In this document: in pieces, positions 26,984-37,439 of the stretch
Layout of the letters: every line of letters starts with the position of its first letter
Numbering within the stretch: the stretch's first letter is position 1
From: Gemmatimonadales bacterium
Lineage (GTDB): Bacteria > Gemmatimonadota > Gemmatimonadetes > Gemmatimonadales > GWC2-71-9
DNA: 64,000 nt
Reading direction: 5' to 3'
Assembly: GCA_038321865.1 (NCBI GenBank)
Contig: JBBQFH010000013.1
Span: 9,463-73,462 of the forward strand
Notes under the pieces: generated by a model
The model's input: the letters and a program-made list of their open reading frames with translations, nothing else
Databases searched by the model: none
What the model was told of the DNA's origin: nothing
Program-made: the position numbers and the translations under genes

Positions 26984-29900
26984 CGCCACACGGGTTCACG
27001 GAAGACCAGCTGGTCGAGAAGCCGGCGCTCGAGCTGCTCAAGTCGCTCGGCTGGGACGTGGTGTCCGCGGCGGAGGAGGTGTTCGGGACAGAAGGTACCC
27101 TCGGCCGCGAAACCCCGGGCGATGTCGTGCTCGTTTCGCGACTCGAGTCCGCACTCCTGAAGCTCAACCCTGAGCTTCCGCCCGAGGCCATTGCCGGTGC
27201 GGTGGACGCGCTCGCCCGAGACCGGTCAGCGATGAGCCTGGTGGCGGCCAACCGGGAGATGTGGGAGCAGCTCCGTGACGGCGTGGCGGTGACGGTGCAT
27301 GATTCGGCGCACGGCGGCCAGCGCGTCGAACGCGTCCGCGTCGTGGACTGGCACGATCCTGTCGCCAACGACTTCGTGGCGGTGAGCCAGCTGACCGTCA
27401 CCGGCCAGCTCTACACCCGCCGGCCTGACGTCGTCGGCTTCGTGAACGGCCTGCCGCTGGTGGTGCTCGAGTTCAAGAAGCCGGGACAGCCCGTCCGCCA
27501 GGCCTTCGACGGCAATCTCACCAGCTACAAGTCCGATATTCCGCAGCTCTTCTGGGCCAACGCGCTGCTCATCGTGTCCAACGGAACCCAGAGCCGGGTG
27601 GGATCGCTCACGGCGGACTGGGAACGGTTCTTCGAGTGGAAGCGGATCGAGCGGGAAGACGAACCGCGCCGGGTATCGCTGGAGGTGATGCTCCGGGGGA
27701 CCTGCGATCGCGCCCGGCTTCTCGATCTGGTCGAAAACTTCACGCTCTTCTCCGCGCAGGGGGCCAGCGTGGTGAAGCTCATCGGGCAGAACCACCAGGT
27801 GCTCGGCGTCAATAACGCCATCGCCGCGACCCTCCGCGCCCGGGAGGAAGGCCACGGGCGCGGCGGCGTCTTCTGGCAGACACAGGGCTCGGGCAAGAGC
27901 TTCGCGATGGTCTTCTACGCGCAAAAGATCCTTAGGCGCGTGCCGGGCAACTGGTCGTTCGTGGTGGTCACCGACCGGATCGAGCTGGACGACCAGATCG
28001 CCCGGACCTTCAAGGCGGTCGGCGCGGTGAGCGAGGGCGAGGCGGACGAGTGCCATGCCGGGTCCAGCGCGGAGCTCCGCGCACTCCTCCAGGGGAACCA
28101 CCGCTACGTCTTCACGCTGATCCACAAGTTCCAGTCGCCCGACCCGCTCTCCGACCGGCGCGACATCATCGTGCTCACCGACGAGGCCCACCGGAGCCAG
28201 TACGACACCCTGGCCCTCAACATGCGAGCCGCCCTGCCGAAGGCGATGTTCCTCGCCTTCACCGGGACGCCGCTGATTGCCGGGGAGGAGCGGACGCGCG
28301 AGGTCTTCGGCGACTACGTCTCGATTTACGACTTCGAGCAGTCGGTCGAGGATGGCGCCACCGTCCCGCTCTATTACGAGAACCGGACCCCGGAGCTCAG
28401 GCTCGAGAACCCGGACCTCAACGAAGACATCTACGCGCTGATCGAAAATGCAGCGCTGGACGAAGCGCAGGAGGAGGAGCTGGCCCGCCGCCTCGGACGG
28501 CAGTACCACCTCATCACCCGCGATGACCGGCTGGAGGCGGTGGCGAAGGACGTGGTGCAGCACTTCCTCGGCCGGGGATTTCTGGGAAAGGCGATGGTGG
28601 TCTCGATCGACAAGGCCACGGCGCTCCGCATGCACGACAAGGTGCGGGCGCACTGGGCTGTCGAGCGACGACGCGTGGAGCAGGAGCTTCAGCGGCTGTA
28701 TCCCCGGCAGGCCGCAACCGACGAGTACGCAGAGCTCCTCCGGAGGCTCGAGGTGCTCACGACGACGGACATGGCCCTCGTCGTGTCTTCGGAGCAGAAC
28801 GAGGTCGCAAGCATGCAGGCGCTCGGGCTCGACATCGTCCCGCACCGGAAACGCATGAACGACGAGTCGCTCGATGAGAAATTCAAAGATCCGGCCGATC
28901 CGCTTCGGCTCGTGTTCGTCTGCGCCATGTGGCTCACCGGCTTCGACGCGCCGAGCTGCTCCACTGTCTATCTCGACAAGCCGATGCGGAACCACACGCT
29001 GATGCAGACCATCGCCCGGGCCAACCGCGTCTATCCGGGAAAGCACAGCGGGCTGATCGTCGACTATGCCAACGTCTTCGCGTCGCTGGAGAAGGCACTG
29101 GCCATCTACGGACGTGGCCGGAGCGGCGACACCCCGGTCCGGGACAAGCAGGAACTGGTGGAGGCGCTCGGAGCGGCGCTCGCGGCTGCGGCGCAGTTCT
29201 GCGGGGGGCATGGTGTAGACCTCGCCGCCATCGAGGCGGCGCCGGCCGGAAGCATGGCGCGTCTGACGCTGCTCGCCGAGGCGGTGGACCGGCTCATTAC
29301 TCCGGACCCGATCCGGAAGGATTTTCTTGGACACGAACGTTTCGTGAGCACGCTGTATCGCGCGGTGAAGCCGGATCCGGTGCTCGTCGGCTTCTGGAGT
29401 CGCGTGATGACCCTTGCTACCGTGGCCGGCGCGATCCGGGAGCGTACGCAGCCGGAGCAGCCGGGCGACATCTCGGTGGTGATGGCCGCGATCAACAAGC
29501 TGCTCGACGAGTCGATCGCGGCCGACGGCTACCGGATACGCGAGGGAGCGAACAGGGGCGGCCGGCCCGCCGTCATCAACCTGGCCGACATCGACTTCGA
29601 CGTGCTGGCGAAGCGCTTCGAGAAGTCCAACCGGAAGAACGTCGAGCTGGAGCAGCTCCGGGTCGCGATCCAGGCCCAGCTGGGGCGGATGGTAGAGCTC
29701 AACCGGACTCGGGTGGACTATCTCGAGCGGTTTGAGGCGCTGATCGAATCCTACAATGTCGGGAGCCGGAATATCGATGAGCTGTTCCGGGAGCTGGTCG
29801 CGCTGAGTAACGCCCTCTCAGCGGAACAGCAGCGCCACGTGCGGGAGCAGTTGACCGAGGAAGAGCTGGCGGTGTTCGATCTGCTCACCCGCCCGGGACC

Positions 29901-30165
29901 GACACTGAGTGCCGAAGAACGCGATGAGGTAAAGAAGGTTGCTCGGCAACTGCTCGAGACGGTCAAGACTGCCATCGTGCTCGACTGGCGGCAGAAGGCG
30001 CAGGCGCGGGCGCGGGTGCGGATCGCGATCGAGGATGCGCTGGACGGCGGATTGCCGCGCGCGTACACCCCCGAGTTATATAATGAAAAGGTCGGGGTGG
30101 TGTTTGAGCATGTCTATGAGAGCTACCAGAACGACGGGCGCAGCGTCTATTCGCGAGTTGCCTGA
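26980..30165 (+). CDS. hsdR: Type I restriction endonuclease subunit R
   Basis: RRPDVVGFVNGLPLVVLEFK nuclease motif, QTQGSGKS Walker A, DEAHRSQY, FTGTP, MWLTGFDAP, QTIARANR; GTGA overlap with fic. Confidence 0.96.
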   Translation: MTPHGFTEDQLVEKPALELLKSLGWDVVSAAEEVFGTEGTLGRETPGDVVLVSRLESALLKLNPELPPEAIAGAVDALARDRSAMSLVAANREMWEQLRDGVAVTVHDSAHGGQRVERVRVVDWHDPVANDFVAVSQLTVTGQLYTRRPDVVGFVNGLPLVVLEFKKPGQPVRQAFDGNLTSYKSDIPQLFWANALLIVSNGTQSRVGSLTADWERFFEWKRIEREDEPRRVSLEVMLRGTCDRARLLDLVENFTLFSAQGASVVKLIGQNHQVLGVNNAIAATLRAREEGHGRGGVFWQTQGSGKSFAMVFYAQKILRRVPGNWSFVVVTDRIELDDQIARTFKAVGAVSEGEADECHAGSSAELRALLQGNHRYVFTLIHKFQSPDPLSDRRDIIVLTDEAHRSQYDTLALNMRAALPKAMFLAFTGTPLIAGEERTREVFGDYVSIYDFEQSVEDGATVPLYYENRTPELRLENPDLNEDIYALIENAALDEAQEEELARRLGRQYHLITRDDRLEAVAKDVVQHFLGRGFLGKAMVVSIDKATALRMHDKVRAHWAVERRRVEQELQRLYPRQAATDEYAELLRRLEVLTTTDMALVVSSEQNEVASMQALGLDIVPHRKRMNDESLDEKFKDPADPLRLVFVCAMWLTGFDAPSCSTVYLDKPMRNHTLMQTIARANRVYPGKHSGLIVDYANVFASLEKALAIYGRGRSGDTPVRDKQELVEALGAALAAAAQFCGGHGVDLAAIEAAPAGSMARLTLLAEAVDRLITPDPIRKDFLGHERFVSTLYRAVKPDPVLVGFWSRVMTLATVAGAIRERTQPEQPGDISVVMAAINKLLDESIAADGYRIREGANRGGRPAVINLADIDFDVLAKRFEKSNRKNVELEQLRVAIQAQLGRMVELNRTRVDYLERFEALIESYNVGSRNIDELFRELVALSNALSAEQQRHVREQLTEEELAVFDLLTRPGPTLSAEERDEVKKVARQLLETVKTAIVLDWRQKAQARARVRIAIEDALDGGLPRAYTPELYNEKVGVVFEHVYESYQNDGRSVYSRVA

Positions 30166-30297
30166 CGGGGTTGGTCCAAAGTCCACGGGATGGTCACGCC
30201 GTTCCATTCGAGCTCCGCACCGAGCGACGTACGCGTCATCCGCCCAGAGGCATGCACGAGCTGCGAGGGCGCGATTCGGTTGCAGACACGTAGTGAC

Positions 30298-32940
30298 TTA
30301 CTGCCCCGCCGCGAGGCGCTCGAAGCGCGGATTGCCCTTGAGCGAGGCGAACAGCGGATCGATCCGGAGCCAGGCGGGGGTCAGGTCGTAACCGATTTTA
30401 CGTACGAGCGGCTCGAGCAGATCGAGCGCCTTCGCCGGCTCCCCGGTCAGCAGGTAGATCCGCGCCAGCTGATGGCGAAGGTAATCGCGATATCGCTCAT
30501 CGCCGCGCGATGCCCACCCGCCTTCGCGGGCCGCCCCCGCCTTGTCGCCAAGATAGGCCAGCGCAACGCCGAGGATCACGTGCCGCTGCGCGTCGCCGGG
30601 TGCGGCCAGCAGTTGCTGTTCGAACGCCACTCGCGCGGTATCGGCATAGGCCATCGCGACCTTCCGATCGCCGCGGAGCCAATGCGTGTGCGCCATCACG
30701 ATCGCCCAACCTGCGCGGTCGTCGTCGAACGCCGCGGGGGTGAGCCGAAGGAGGAGTTGCTGATCGGCGTCCTCGAGTACCCAATAGAGATCAAAATATT
30801 CCGCGACGTACGCCACCAAGGCGGTGTGGTCCACCGCGGCCGGCGCCGCGCGGAGCACCGCCTGCGCCCGGGCGAGGTCGCCCCGGGCCAGCTCCACGAT
30901 CGCGCGCTCTTCCCGGATGTGGAGATCCGCCGGCGCCAGCGCGAGCGCGCGATCGAGCGCAGCGGCCGCTTCGGGAAGGTGCCGAAGCGTCCGGAGCGCC
31001 ACGCCGAGACGCCGGGCGGCGACCGCCGAACGGGGATCGAGTGCCGCGACGTGGCGCGCGTGCACGAGGGCGGAATCCCATTGGCTCCGATTCATCTCGT
31101 TGCTGACCATCAAACCGAGCAGGAGCGGATTGGACGGCGCATGTCTGAGGCCGGCTTCGGCCGCGGCGCGTGCCTTTCCCAGGTCGGCGGCCACAAACGT
31201 GAAGTACGCGGCGAGCGCCCACTGGCTCTCCGCGGCATCGGGCGCCAGGGTCGCGGCACGTTCGGCGGCGTCCCGGGCGGCGGCGGCCAGGGCCGGCGCC
31301 GGGACGCCGTTGCCGTAGAGTAGTGACCGCGCAAAGGCCAGGTGGCTCCAGGCCAGCGCGAACGCGGGATCGAGTGCGGTGGCCTGTTCGTACCAGGTGG
31401 TTGCGCGACGCAGGCTGACCGGATCGGAAACCAGCAGGTTGTTCGAGACCTCTTCGCCCCGGAGATAGGCGTCATACGCGGCGAGATTGCCGGTGGGCCG
31501 CCCGGCGAGCGCCCGCCGCGCGCTGTCGCCCAGCGCCACGTCGAGCGCCTGGGCCACCTTGCCGGCGATGTCGGTCTGCACCTGGAAGACGTCGGTGAGC
31601 GCGGCGTCGAACGGCGCCTGCCAGCGGGTGGTCGGCGTGCCGTTCACGATCTCGACCAGCTCGGGATTCACCTGGACCCGGCTGGTGCCGTCGGCGTGAC
31701 GCTCCCAGCGCACCGTGGCCGTGAGCAGGTAGCGCACGCCCAGCTCCTCCGCGATGGCGCGGGGCGCCTTCGTCGTCTTGGCATACGGGGTGGAGCTCGC
31801 CCGCGCGATCACCTGCAGGCCGCCAAGCTCGGACAGCTTGCCGCGCACCTGGTCGGCAACGCCGTCGGCGAAGTAGGCGTCATCCGGCGCGCCGAGGTTT
31901 TCGAACGGCAGCACGGCGAGCATGCGCACGCCCGCGGCGGCATCACCATGGCCGCCGCGTCGCCACGCGAAGAGAATCCCGAGCCCGAGCACGAATCCGA
32001 CCGCGAGCGTGCCGAACGCGACCGGGAACCGGCGGCGGGCCCGCGCGGGCGCCGCCACGATTGCCGGCGCCGCTGGTGCGGTCGCGGCACTGATGGAGTG
32101 GGCCGGCGTGAGCGCGGCCGCGAACTCGGCCGCGCTGGCGAACCGGTCGGCCGGTGTCCGTGCCAGCGCCTTCTGCACCGCCTGCGAGACGAACGGCGGC
32201 ACCGAGTCGCGCAGCTGATCGAGCGGCTTCGGCGATTCGGTGAAGCGCCGTGCGATCATCGCCTGCGGTGTCGCGGCCACGAACGGCGTCTGGCCCGCCA
32301 GCATCTCGTACAGCACCGTCGCGAGACTGTAGACGTCGGTGCGGGCATCGAGGTCCCGCTCGCCCGCCGCCTGCTCGGGGCTCATGTACGCCGCGGTGCC
32401 GATCGACGTGCCCGTCTCGGTCAGGTGCTCGGACTCGGCCCTGAGCCCGCGGGCGATGCCGAAATCGGCCACGAGCGCGTGGGTGCCGGAGAGGAGCAGA
32501 TTCTCCGGCTTGATGTCGCGGTGGACGATGCCGTGATGGTGCGCGTAATCCAGCCCGTCGGCCGCTTCACGGGTGATCCGGAGCGCGTCCTCGAGCGGCA
32601 GCTGCTTTTCGCGAGTGAGCCGCTGGCGAAGGGTTTCGCCCTCGACGAACGGCATGCTGAACCAGAGGACCTCGCCGCCGGGCGCGCCGAGGCTGCCGGA
32701 GTCGTGCACGGTGAGGATGTGCGGGTGCTGCAGCCGGGCGGCCAGCCGGATCTCCCGCTGGAAGCGCTCGGGGCCGAGGGCGTGGGCGAGATCGGGGTGC
32801 AGCACCTTGAGGGCGACGGGGCGGTCGTGCCGGATGTCGTGCGCGAGGTAGACCGTGGCCATGCCGCCACGGCCCAGCTCGCGTTCGATCGTGTAGGACG
32901 ATGCCAGCCCGGTCCGGAGCTGCGCCAGCAGGTCGGCCAA
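30298..32940 (-). CDS. Hanks-type Ser/Thr protein kinase with TM, TolB-N-like and TPR domains
   Basis: LGRGGMATVY, VALK, HRDIKPEN, DFG, YMSPEQ; LAVLPFENL; TPR-like helices; TTG start. Confidence 0.92.
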   Translation of the reverse strand: MADLLAQLRTGLASSYTIERELGRGGMATVYLAHDIRHDRPVALKVLHPDLAHALGPERFQREIRLAARLQHPHILTVHDSGSLGAPGGEVLWFSMPFVEGETLRQRLTREKQLPLEDALRITREAADGLDYAHHHGIVHRDIKPENLLLSGTHALVADFGIARGLRAESEHLTETGTSIGTAAYMSPEQAAGERDLDARTDVYSLATVLYEMLAGQTPFVAATPQAMIARRFTESPKPLDQLRDSVPPFVSQAVQKALARTPADRFASAAEFAAALTPAHSISAATAPAAPAIVAAPARARRRFPVAFGTLAVGFVLGLGILFAWRRGGHGDAAAGVRMLAVLPFENLGAPDDAYFADGVADQVRGKLSELGGLQVIARASSTPYAKTTKAPRAIAEELGVRYLLTATVRWERHADGTSRVQVNPELVEIVNGTPTTRWQAPFDAALTDVFQVQTDIAGKVAQALDVALGDSARRALAGRPTGNLAAYDAYLRGEEVSNNLLVSDPVSLRRATTWYEQATALDPAFALAWSHLAFARSLLYGNGVPAPALAAAARDAAERAATLAPDAAESQWALAAYFTFVAADLGKARAAAEAGLRHAPSNPLLLGLMVSNEMNRSQWDSALVHARHVAALDPRSAVAARRLGVALRTLRHLPEAAAALDRALALAPADLHIREERAIVELARGDLARAQAVLRAAPAAVDHTALVAYVAEYFDLYWVLEDADQQLLLRLTPAAFDDDRAGWAIVMAHTHWLRGDRKVAMAYADTARVAFEQQLLAAPGDAQRHVILGVALAYLGDKAGAAREGGWASRGDERYRDYLRHQLARIYLLTGEPAKALDLLEPLVRKIGYDLTPAWLRIDPLFASLKGNPRFERLAAGQ

Positions 32941-33141
32941 GTCATTCCCCGGTTGTAAGCGGTGACACCGGAATCATATCGCCGTGCGGGAGGATTGGCG
33001 AATCGTTACTTCATAAAGACTCCTTCACGCAAAAAACGACTCGTTCTCATCTTCCCATCGGTAGGTTGAGTCGGTGGTCCCGGATTCGTGGCCTGAATCC
33101 TGGTCCCGGTCGCTGCTGTTTCCTTTCGGAAGGAGCGCACC

Positions 33142-34551
33142 ATGCTGCCTGTCGCCTTGCTGTCGATTGTCCTGCTGGGGAGCGCGCCACACCGTGGGGC
33201 AGTGCTCCGCTCCGACCCGCTCGACGGGGTGGTACGGGCCTACATCGCGGCGCACACGGTGGCACGGACCCGATTCCTGGCCGAACATGCGGCGATTCCG
33301 AGTTTCGCCCGCCAGACGGGGCTCGCCTGTTCCGCCTGCCACACCTCCTTCCCGCAACTGACCGCGTTCGGTCGTCTGTTCAAGCTCAACGGCTACACCA
33401 TGACCGGCCTTCAGCTCATCCAGGCGGGCGACAGCGGGAAGCGCGAGACGTTGAAGCTGGGCCTCATCCCGCCCATTTCGGCCATGGTCCAGACGTCGTT
33501 CTCCCAGACCAAGCGTGCGCCGGACGGCACCCAGAACGGCAACGTCGAGTTTCCGCAGCAACTCAGCCTGTTCGTCGGGGGCGAGATTACGCCGCGGATC
33601 GGCACGTTTCTCCAGCTCACGTACTCGGGCGCCGACGGGGCGATCGGCATCGACAACGCCGAGCTGCGGTTTGCCAACCGGACCCAGGTTGGCGCGAAGG
33701 AGCTGATCTACGGGCTGACGCTCAATAACAATCCGACCAGCCAGGATGTGTGGAACACCGTGCCGGCATGGCGATTCCCCTACGCTTCCTCGGGCACGGC
33801 TCCGACTCCGAGCGCGGCGCCGCTGCTCGAGGGCGCCCTGGCGCAGCAGGTCGCCGGGCTCGGCGCGTACGCCATGTACAATGGGCAGTTCTATGGCGAG
33901 TACAGCGCGTATCGGTCGGCTGCGCAAGGTGGCCCACATCCCCCCGACGCCAGCGCGACGAACACGATTTCCGGCGTCGCATCGTATTGGAGAGGGTTCT
34001 TCCAGCACGCCTGGGGCAGCAATGCCGTCATGCTCGGCACGTTCGGCATGTCGGCCAAGCTGTTCCCCGCGGGCGTAGCTGGTGACGTGAACCGCTATAA
34101 CGATTTCGCGCTGGACGGCCAATACGAGCGCAAGATCGGCAGCTCGAGCTTCAGCGCTCACGGCTCCTGGCTGCGCGAGCGCCAGCACCTGGACGCGTCG
34201 TTCGCAGCGGAGGAATCGGCGAACGCCAGCAACACGCTCAAGGCGCTCCGGCTCGACGCCGGCGTCCTGACGGCATCGCGCATCGGCCTGACCGTGGGCT
34301 ACTTCGGGACCACGGGAACGACTGACGCCCTGCTGTACCCCAGTGACCCCGTGCTGGGCAGCGCCACCGGGTCCCCCGACAGCAGGGGCGTGCTCGGTGA
34401 GCTGTCGTACATGCCGTGGCTCAACACCCGGTTCTCGCTACAGTACGTCGCGTACGGCAAGTTCAACGGAGGCAAGAGCGACTACGACGGTTCCGGACGA
34501 ACGGCCAGCGACAACAACGTGCTCTACCTCCTGGCATGGGTCGCATTCTGA
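33142..34551 (+). CDS. Cyc2-like fused monoheme cytochrome c-porin
   Basis: AAGGAG SD; AIPSFARQTGLACSACHTSFPQLTAFGRLFKLNGY followed by beta-strand-rich barrel sequence ending LYLLAWVAF. Confidence 0.85.
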   Translation: MLPVALLSIVLLGSAPHRGAVLRSDPLDGVVRAYIAAHTVARTRFLAEHAAIPSFARQTGLACSACHTSFPQLTAFGRLFKLNGYTMTGLQLIQAGDSGKRETLKLGLIPPISAMVQTSFSQTKRAPDGTQNGNVEFPQQLSLFVGGEITPRIGTFLQLTYSGADGAIGIDNAELRFANRTQVGAKELIYGLTLNNNPTSQDVWNTVPAWRFPYASSGTAPTPSAAPLLEGALAQQVAGLGAYAMYNGQFYGEYSAYRSAAQGGPHPPDASATNTISGVASYWRGFFQHAWGSNAVMLGTFGMSAKLFPAGVAGDVNRYNDFALDGQYERKIGSSSFSAHGSWLRERQHLDASFAAEESANASNTLKALRLDAGVLTASRIGLTVGYFGTTGTTDALLYPSDPVLGSATGSPDSRGVLGELSYMPWLNTRFSLQYVAYGKFNGGKSDYDGSGRTASDNNVLYLLAWVAF

Positions 34552-34947
34552 ATGCAGTGGCGTCCGGAGGCTTGGCCGGGACCGATCCTCGGGCGCTTGC
34601 TGCTGCTGCTGGTGGCCGCGGCGCTTCCGTACGGCAGCGCCGCGGGCCAGGCGCCGGCTGGGCCGGACGTGACCGCGGCAGCCGCCGCGGGCCGCAAGAT
34701 CTTCCATGGGGCGGGCACCTGCTTCGCCTGTCACGGGGGAAAACTGGAGGGGACGGCGATCGCCCCGACGCTGCGGGCGCACAAATGGCGCAATGGTGAT
34801 GGGTCACTCGATGCGATCATCCGGATCGTCTCCCACGGCGTGCCGGGCACACTGATGGTGTCCCATCCTGGCGGGATCAGTGACGCGCAGCTGAAGGAGG
34901 TTACGATGTACGTGTGGGCCGTCAGCCAGGGGAAAACTCCGCCGTGA
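34552..34947 (+). CDS. Periplasmic monoheme class I cytochrome c
   Basis: Signal peptide, GRKIF..AGTCFACHG, APTL, distal Met in GVPGTLM. Confidence 0.88.
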   Translation: MQWRPEAWPGPILGRLLLLLVAAALPYGSAAGQAPAGPDVTAAAAAGRKIFHGAGTCFACHGGKLEGTAIAPTLRAHKWRNGDGSLDAIIRIVSHGVPGTLMVSHPGGISDAQLKEVTMYVWAVSQGKTPP

Positions 34948-35402
34948 CGTCCGTGCCCGGAGTGGCCCGGATCAACACCGGACGCGCCGCCGCCGCGGGC
35001 CTGATCGGCACGCTGTTCGCGACCGCGCTCTGGCTCCTGGAGCCGTGGCTCGGCCTCCCGCGGCTGGCGGTCGGGCAGATCCTGAGTCACTTCATCGCGG
35101 TGGCGACTGCCTACTTCTCTCCGGGTCCGGCGGCGGGCTGGACGATCCACGTGCTCGTCGGGATGCTGCTGGCGGTGGCGTATGCACGCGGGTTCGTCGG
35201 CCGTGTGCGAGGGGCGCCGATCGCCCGTGGACTGCTTTACGGCTGCGTGATCTTCCTGGTCGCGCAGCTGGTGTTCACCCCGCTCGTCGGGGCCGGGGTC
35301 TTCTCGCGAGGCGACGTGCCGATGCTCGCCGGCTCTCTCCTCGGACACCTGCTCTACGGCGGCATCGTCGGCGGGATCTACGGCGTGCCAAAGGCGGAAT
35401 GA
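34944..35402 (+). CDS. 4-TM membrane protein (DUF6789/DUF1440-like) with TM histidines
   Basis: GTGA overlap with cytochrome c; GWTIHVLVG and SLLGHLLYGG motifs. Confidence 0.7.
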   Translation: MTSVPGVARINTGRAAAAGLIGTLFATALWLLEPWLGLPRLAVGQILSHFIAVATAYFSPGPAAGWTIHVLVGMLLAVAYARGFVGRVRGAPIARGLLYGCVIFLVAQLVFTPLVGAGVFSRGDVPMLAGSLLGHLLYGGIVGGIYGVPKAE

Positions 35403-35490
35403 ACCGCCGACGGCCAGGCACTTGCCGCCTTACTTGCCCTCCCCCATTCCCGCCGCCATACTTTCCGCCACACCCCCACAAGGGCACAAC

Positions 35491-36315
35491 GTGGACGAAC
35501 TGCGCGGCCGGCCGGAACCGACCGGTGCGACGCCCAAGGTCCCGATGGCAGGGCTCTTTGGCCTCGGTGCCGTGACCAACTTTTTTGACACCCTCGGCAT
35601 TGGATCGTTCGCGACCACGACCGCAGTGCTCCGGCTCTTTCACATGGTCGACGACGAGAACATCCCGGGGACGCTGAATGTTGGACACGCGATCCCGACG
35701 ATTACCGAGTGCATCATCTTCATCATCCTGCTGGGTGGCCTGATCGATGCGCCAACCATTGTCTGCATGGTCGTCGCGGGCGGGCTCGGTGCCTGGTACG
35801 GGACCGGAATCGTGGTCCGCTGGCCGCGCCGCGAGATCCAGCGTGCGATGGCGGTGGCGCTGATCGTGACGGCGTCGTTCATGGCGCTGCGGCTGCTCAA
35901 GAATCTGTCGCTCGACGAAGGCACCATCGGGCTCCGCGGCGCCGCGCTCGCCATCGCGGTGCTCGCCAGCATGTTGATCGGGTCGCTCACCAGTCTCGGC
36001 ATCGGCAACTACGCGCCCACCATGGCGGTCACCTACATGCTCGGCATGAACCAGAAATCGGTCTTTCCAATCATGGCGGCCTCCGCGTCGCTGATTCTTC
36101 CGGCCGCCGCGCTCCGATTCTATCGTGCCGGGCGTTTTGACAAGCGCACGGCGATCGGACTCGCGATCGGCGGCATTCCTGGCGTCCTTGTTGCGGCCTT
36201 CGTGGTCAAGGCGCTGCCGCTCGGGACGGTGAAGTGGATCGTGGTCGGCGTGCTGCTCTATACGGCGGTGACGCTCTGGATGTCGTCGCGCAATGCAGCC
36301 AGCACCGCCGGATGA
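35491..36315 (+). CDS. Sulfite exporter TauE/SafE family permease
   Basis: [42 protein letters not shown]; start uncertain. Confidence 0.8.
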   Translation: MDELRGRPEPTGATPKVPMAGLFGLGAVTNFFDTLGIGSFATTTAVLRLFHMVDDENIPGTLNVGHAIPTITECIIFIILLGGLIDAPTIVCMVVAGGLGAWYGTGIVVRWPRREIQRAMAVALIVTASFMALRLLKNLSLDEGTIGLRGAALAIAVLASMLIGSLTSLGIGNYAPTMAVTYMLGMNQKSVFPIMAASASLILPAAALRFYRAGRFDKRTAIGLAIGGIPGVLVAAFVVKALPLGTVKWIVVGVLLYTAVTLWMSSRNAASTAG

Positions 36316-37439
36316 AGATTTCCGCGATTCGTGCCTACCAGGTCGACCTGCCGCTCCATGACGGGAGCTATAAGTGGTCAGGCGGCAACGCGGTGTCGGT
36401 GTTCGACTCCACCGTGGTCGCGGTGGAAACGGATGACGGCCTCACCGGGTGGGGTGAAGTCTGCCCGCTCGGACCGGCGTATCTGCCGGCGTACGCCCGC
36501 GGGGCGCGCGCCGGGATCGCGGAACTCGCTCCCCAGCTCATCGGTGCCGACCCGCTGGCGCTTGGCGAGCTGAACGAATTGATGGACCGCGCCATGCGAG
36601 GTCATCCGTACGTGAAATCGGCAATCGACATGGCGTGCTGGGATTTGCTGGGCAAGGCGAGCGGGTTGCCCGTGGCGACGCTGATGGGCGGGCATGTCGG
36701 TGCGGATTTCGCGCTGTACCGCGCCATTTCCCAGGAATCGCCGGCGCAGATGGCCAGGAAGATCGGGCAGTATCGCCGGGAAGGCTATCACAAGTTTCAG
36801 CTCAAGGTCGGTGGGGACCCCGATACCGATATCGACCGGATCAAGGCCGCGGCCGCGGTACTCTCGCGCGGTGATGTGCTGATTGCGGATGCCAACACCG
36901 GCTGGACCCAGCATGCCGCGATCCGCGTCGCCGACGCGGTCCGCGACGTCGATGTCTACATCGAACAGCCCTGCATGACCTATGAGCAATGCCTGGCGGT
37001 GCGGCGTCACACCAGTCGGCCGTTCGTGCTCGATGAAGTCGTGGACGGCATCGATATGGTGGTGCGCGGTGTGGCGGATCATGCGATGGACATCATCAAT
37101 CTCAAGATCTCGAAGGTCGGCGGCCTCACCAAGGCACGACAGATCCGGGATCTGTGCGTGTCGCTGGGCATTGCGATGACGATCGAGGACACCTGGGGCG
37201 GCGATATCATCACCGCGGCGATCGCGCACCTCGCGCACAGCACGCCCGAACGCTTTCTCTTCTCTTCGACGGATTTCAATTCGTATGTGACGGTGGCGTT
37301 TGCCGACGGCGCACCGCGACGAAAGAAGGGTCGCCTTGCCGCATCCCGCGAACCGGGGCTTGGTGTTCGTCCGAAGATGAAGGTGCTGGGGCGTCCCGTC
37401 ATCGACATCGACCGGTTCGACTCCGGTCTGCACCTGTGA
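36312..37439 (+). CDS. Enolase-superfamily (MLE subgroup) enzyme, cis-3-hydroxy-L-proline dehydratase/HpbD-like
   Basis: [66 protein letters not shown]. Confidence 0.85.
   Translation: MKISAIRAYQVDLPLHDGSYKWSGGNAVSVFDSTVVAVETDDGLTGWGEVCPLGPAYLPAYARGARAGIAELAPQLIGADPLALGELNELMDRAMRGHPYVKSAIDMACWDLLGKASGLPVATLMGGHVGADFALYRAISQESPAQMARKIGQYRREGYHKFQLKVGGDPDTDIDRIKAAAAVLSRGDVLIADANTGWTQHAAIRVADAVRDVDVYIEQPCMTYEQCLAVRRHTSRPFVLDEVVDGIDMVVRGVADHAMDIINLKISKVGGLTKARQIRDLCVSLGIAMTIEDTWGGDIITAAIAHLAHSTPERFLFSSTDFNSYVTVAFADGAPRRKKGRLAASREPGLGVRPKMKVLGRPVIDIDRFDSGLHL

Noticed and set aside
32945..33141. Riboswitch or ncRNA upstream of the Cyc2-like gene (short hairpins CGACTC/GAGTCG, GGATTC/GAATCC)
   Set aside because: Stems are only 6 bp and no known aptamer consensus was recognised; would need an Rfam/covariation search.
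36401..36410. Further GTTCGACTCC matches to the tRNA T-loop (also near 47100)
   Set aside because: Only 9-10 bp and inside coding sequence (FDS codons); chance.
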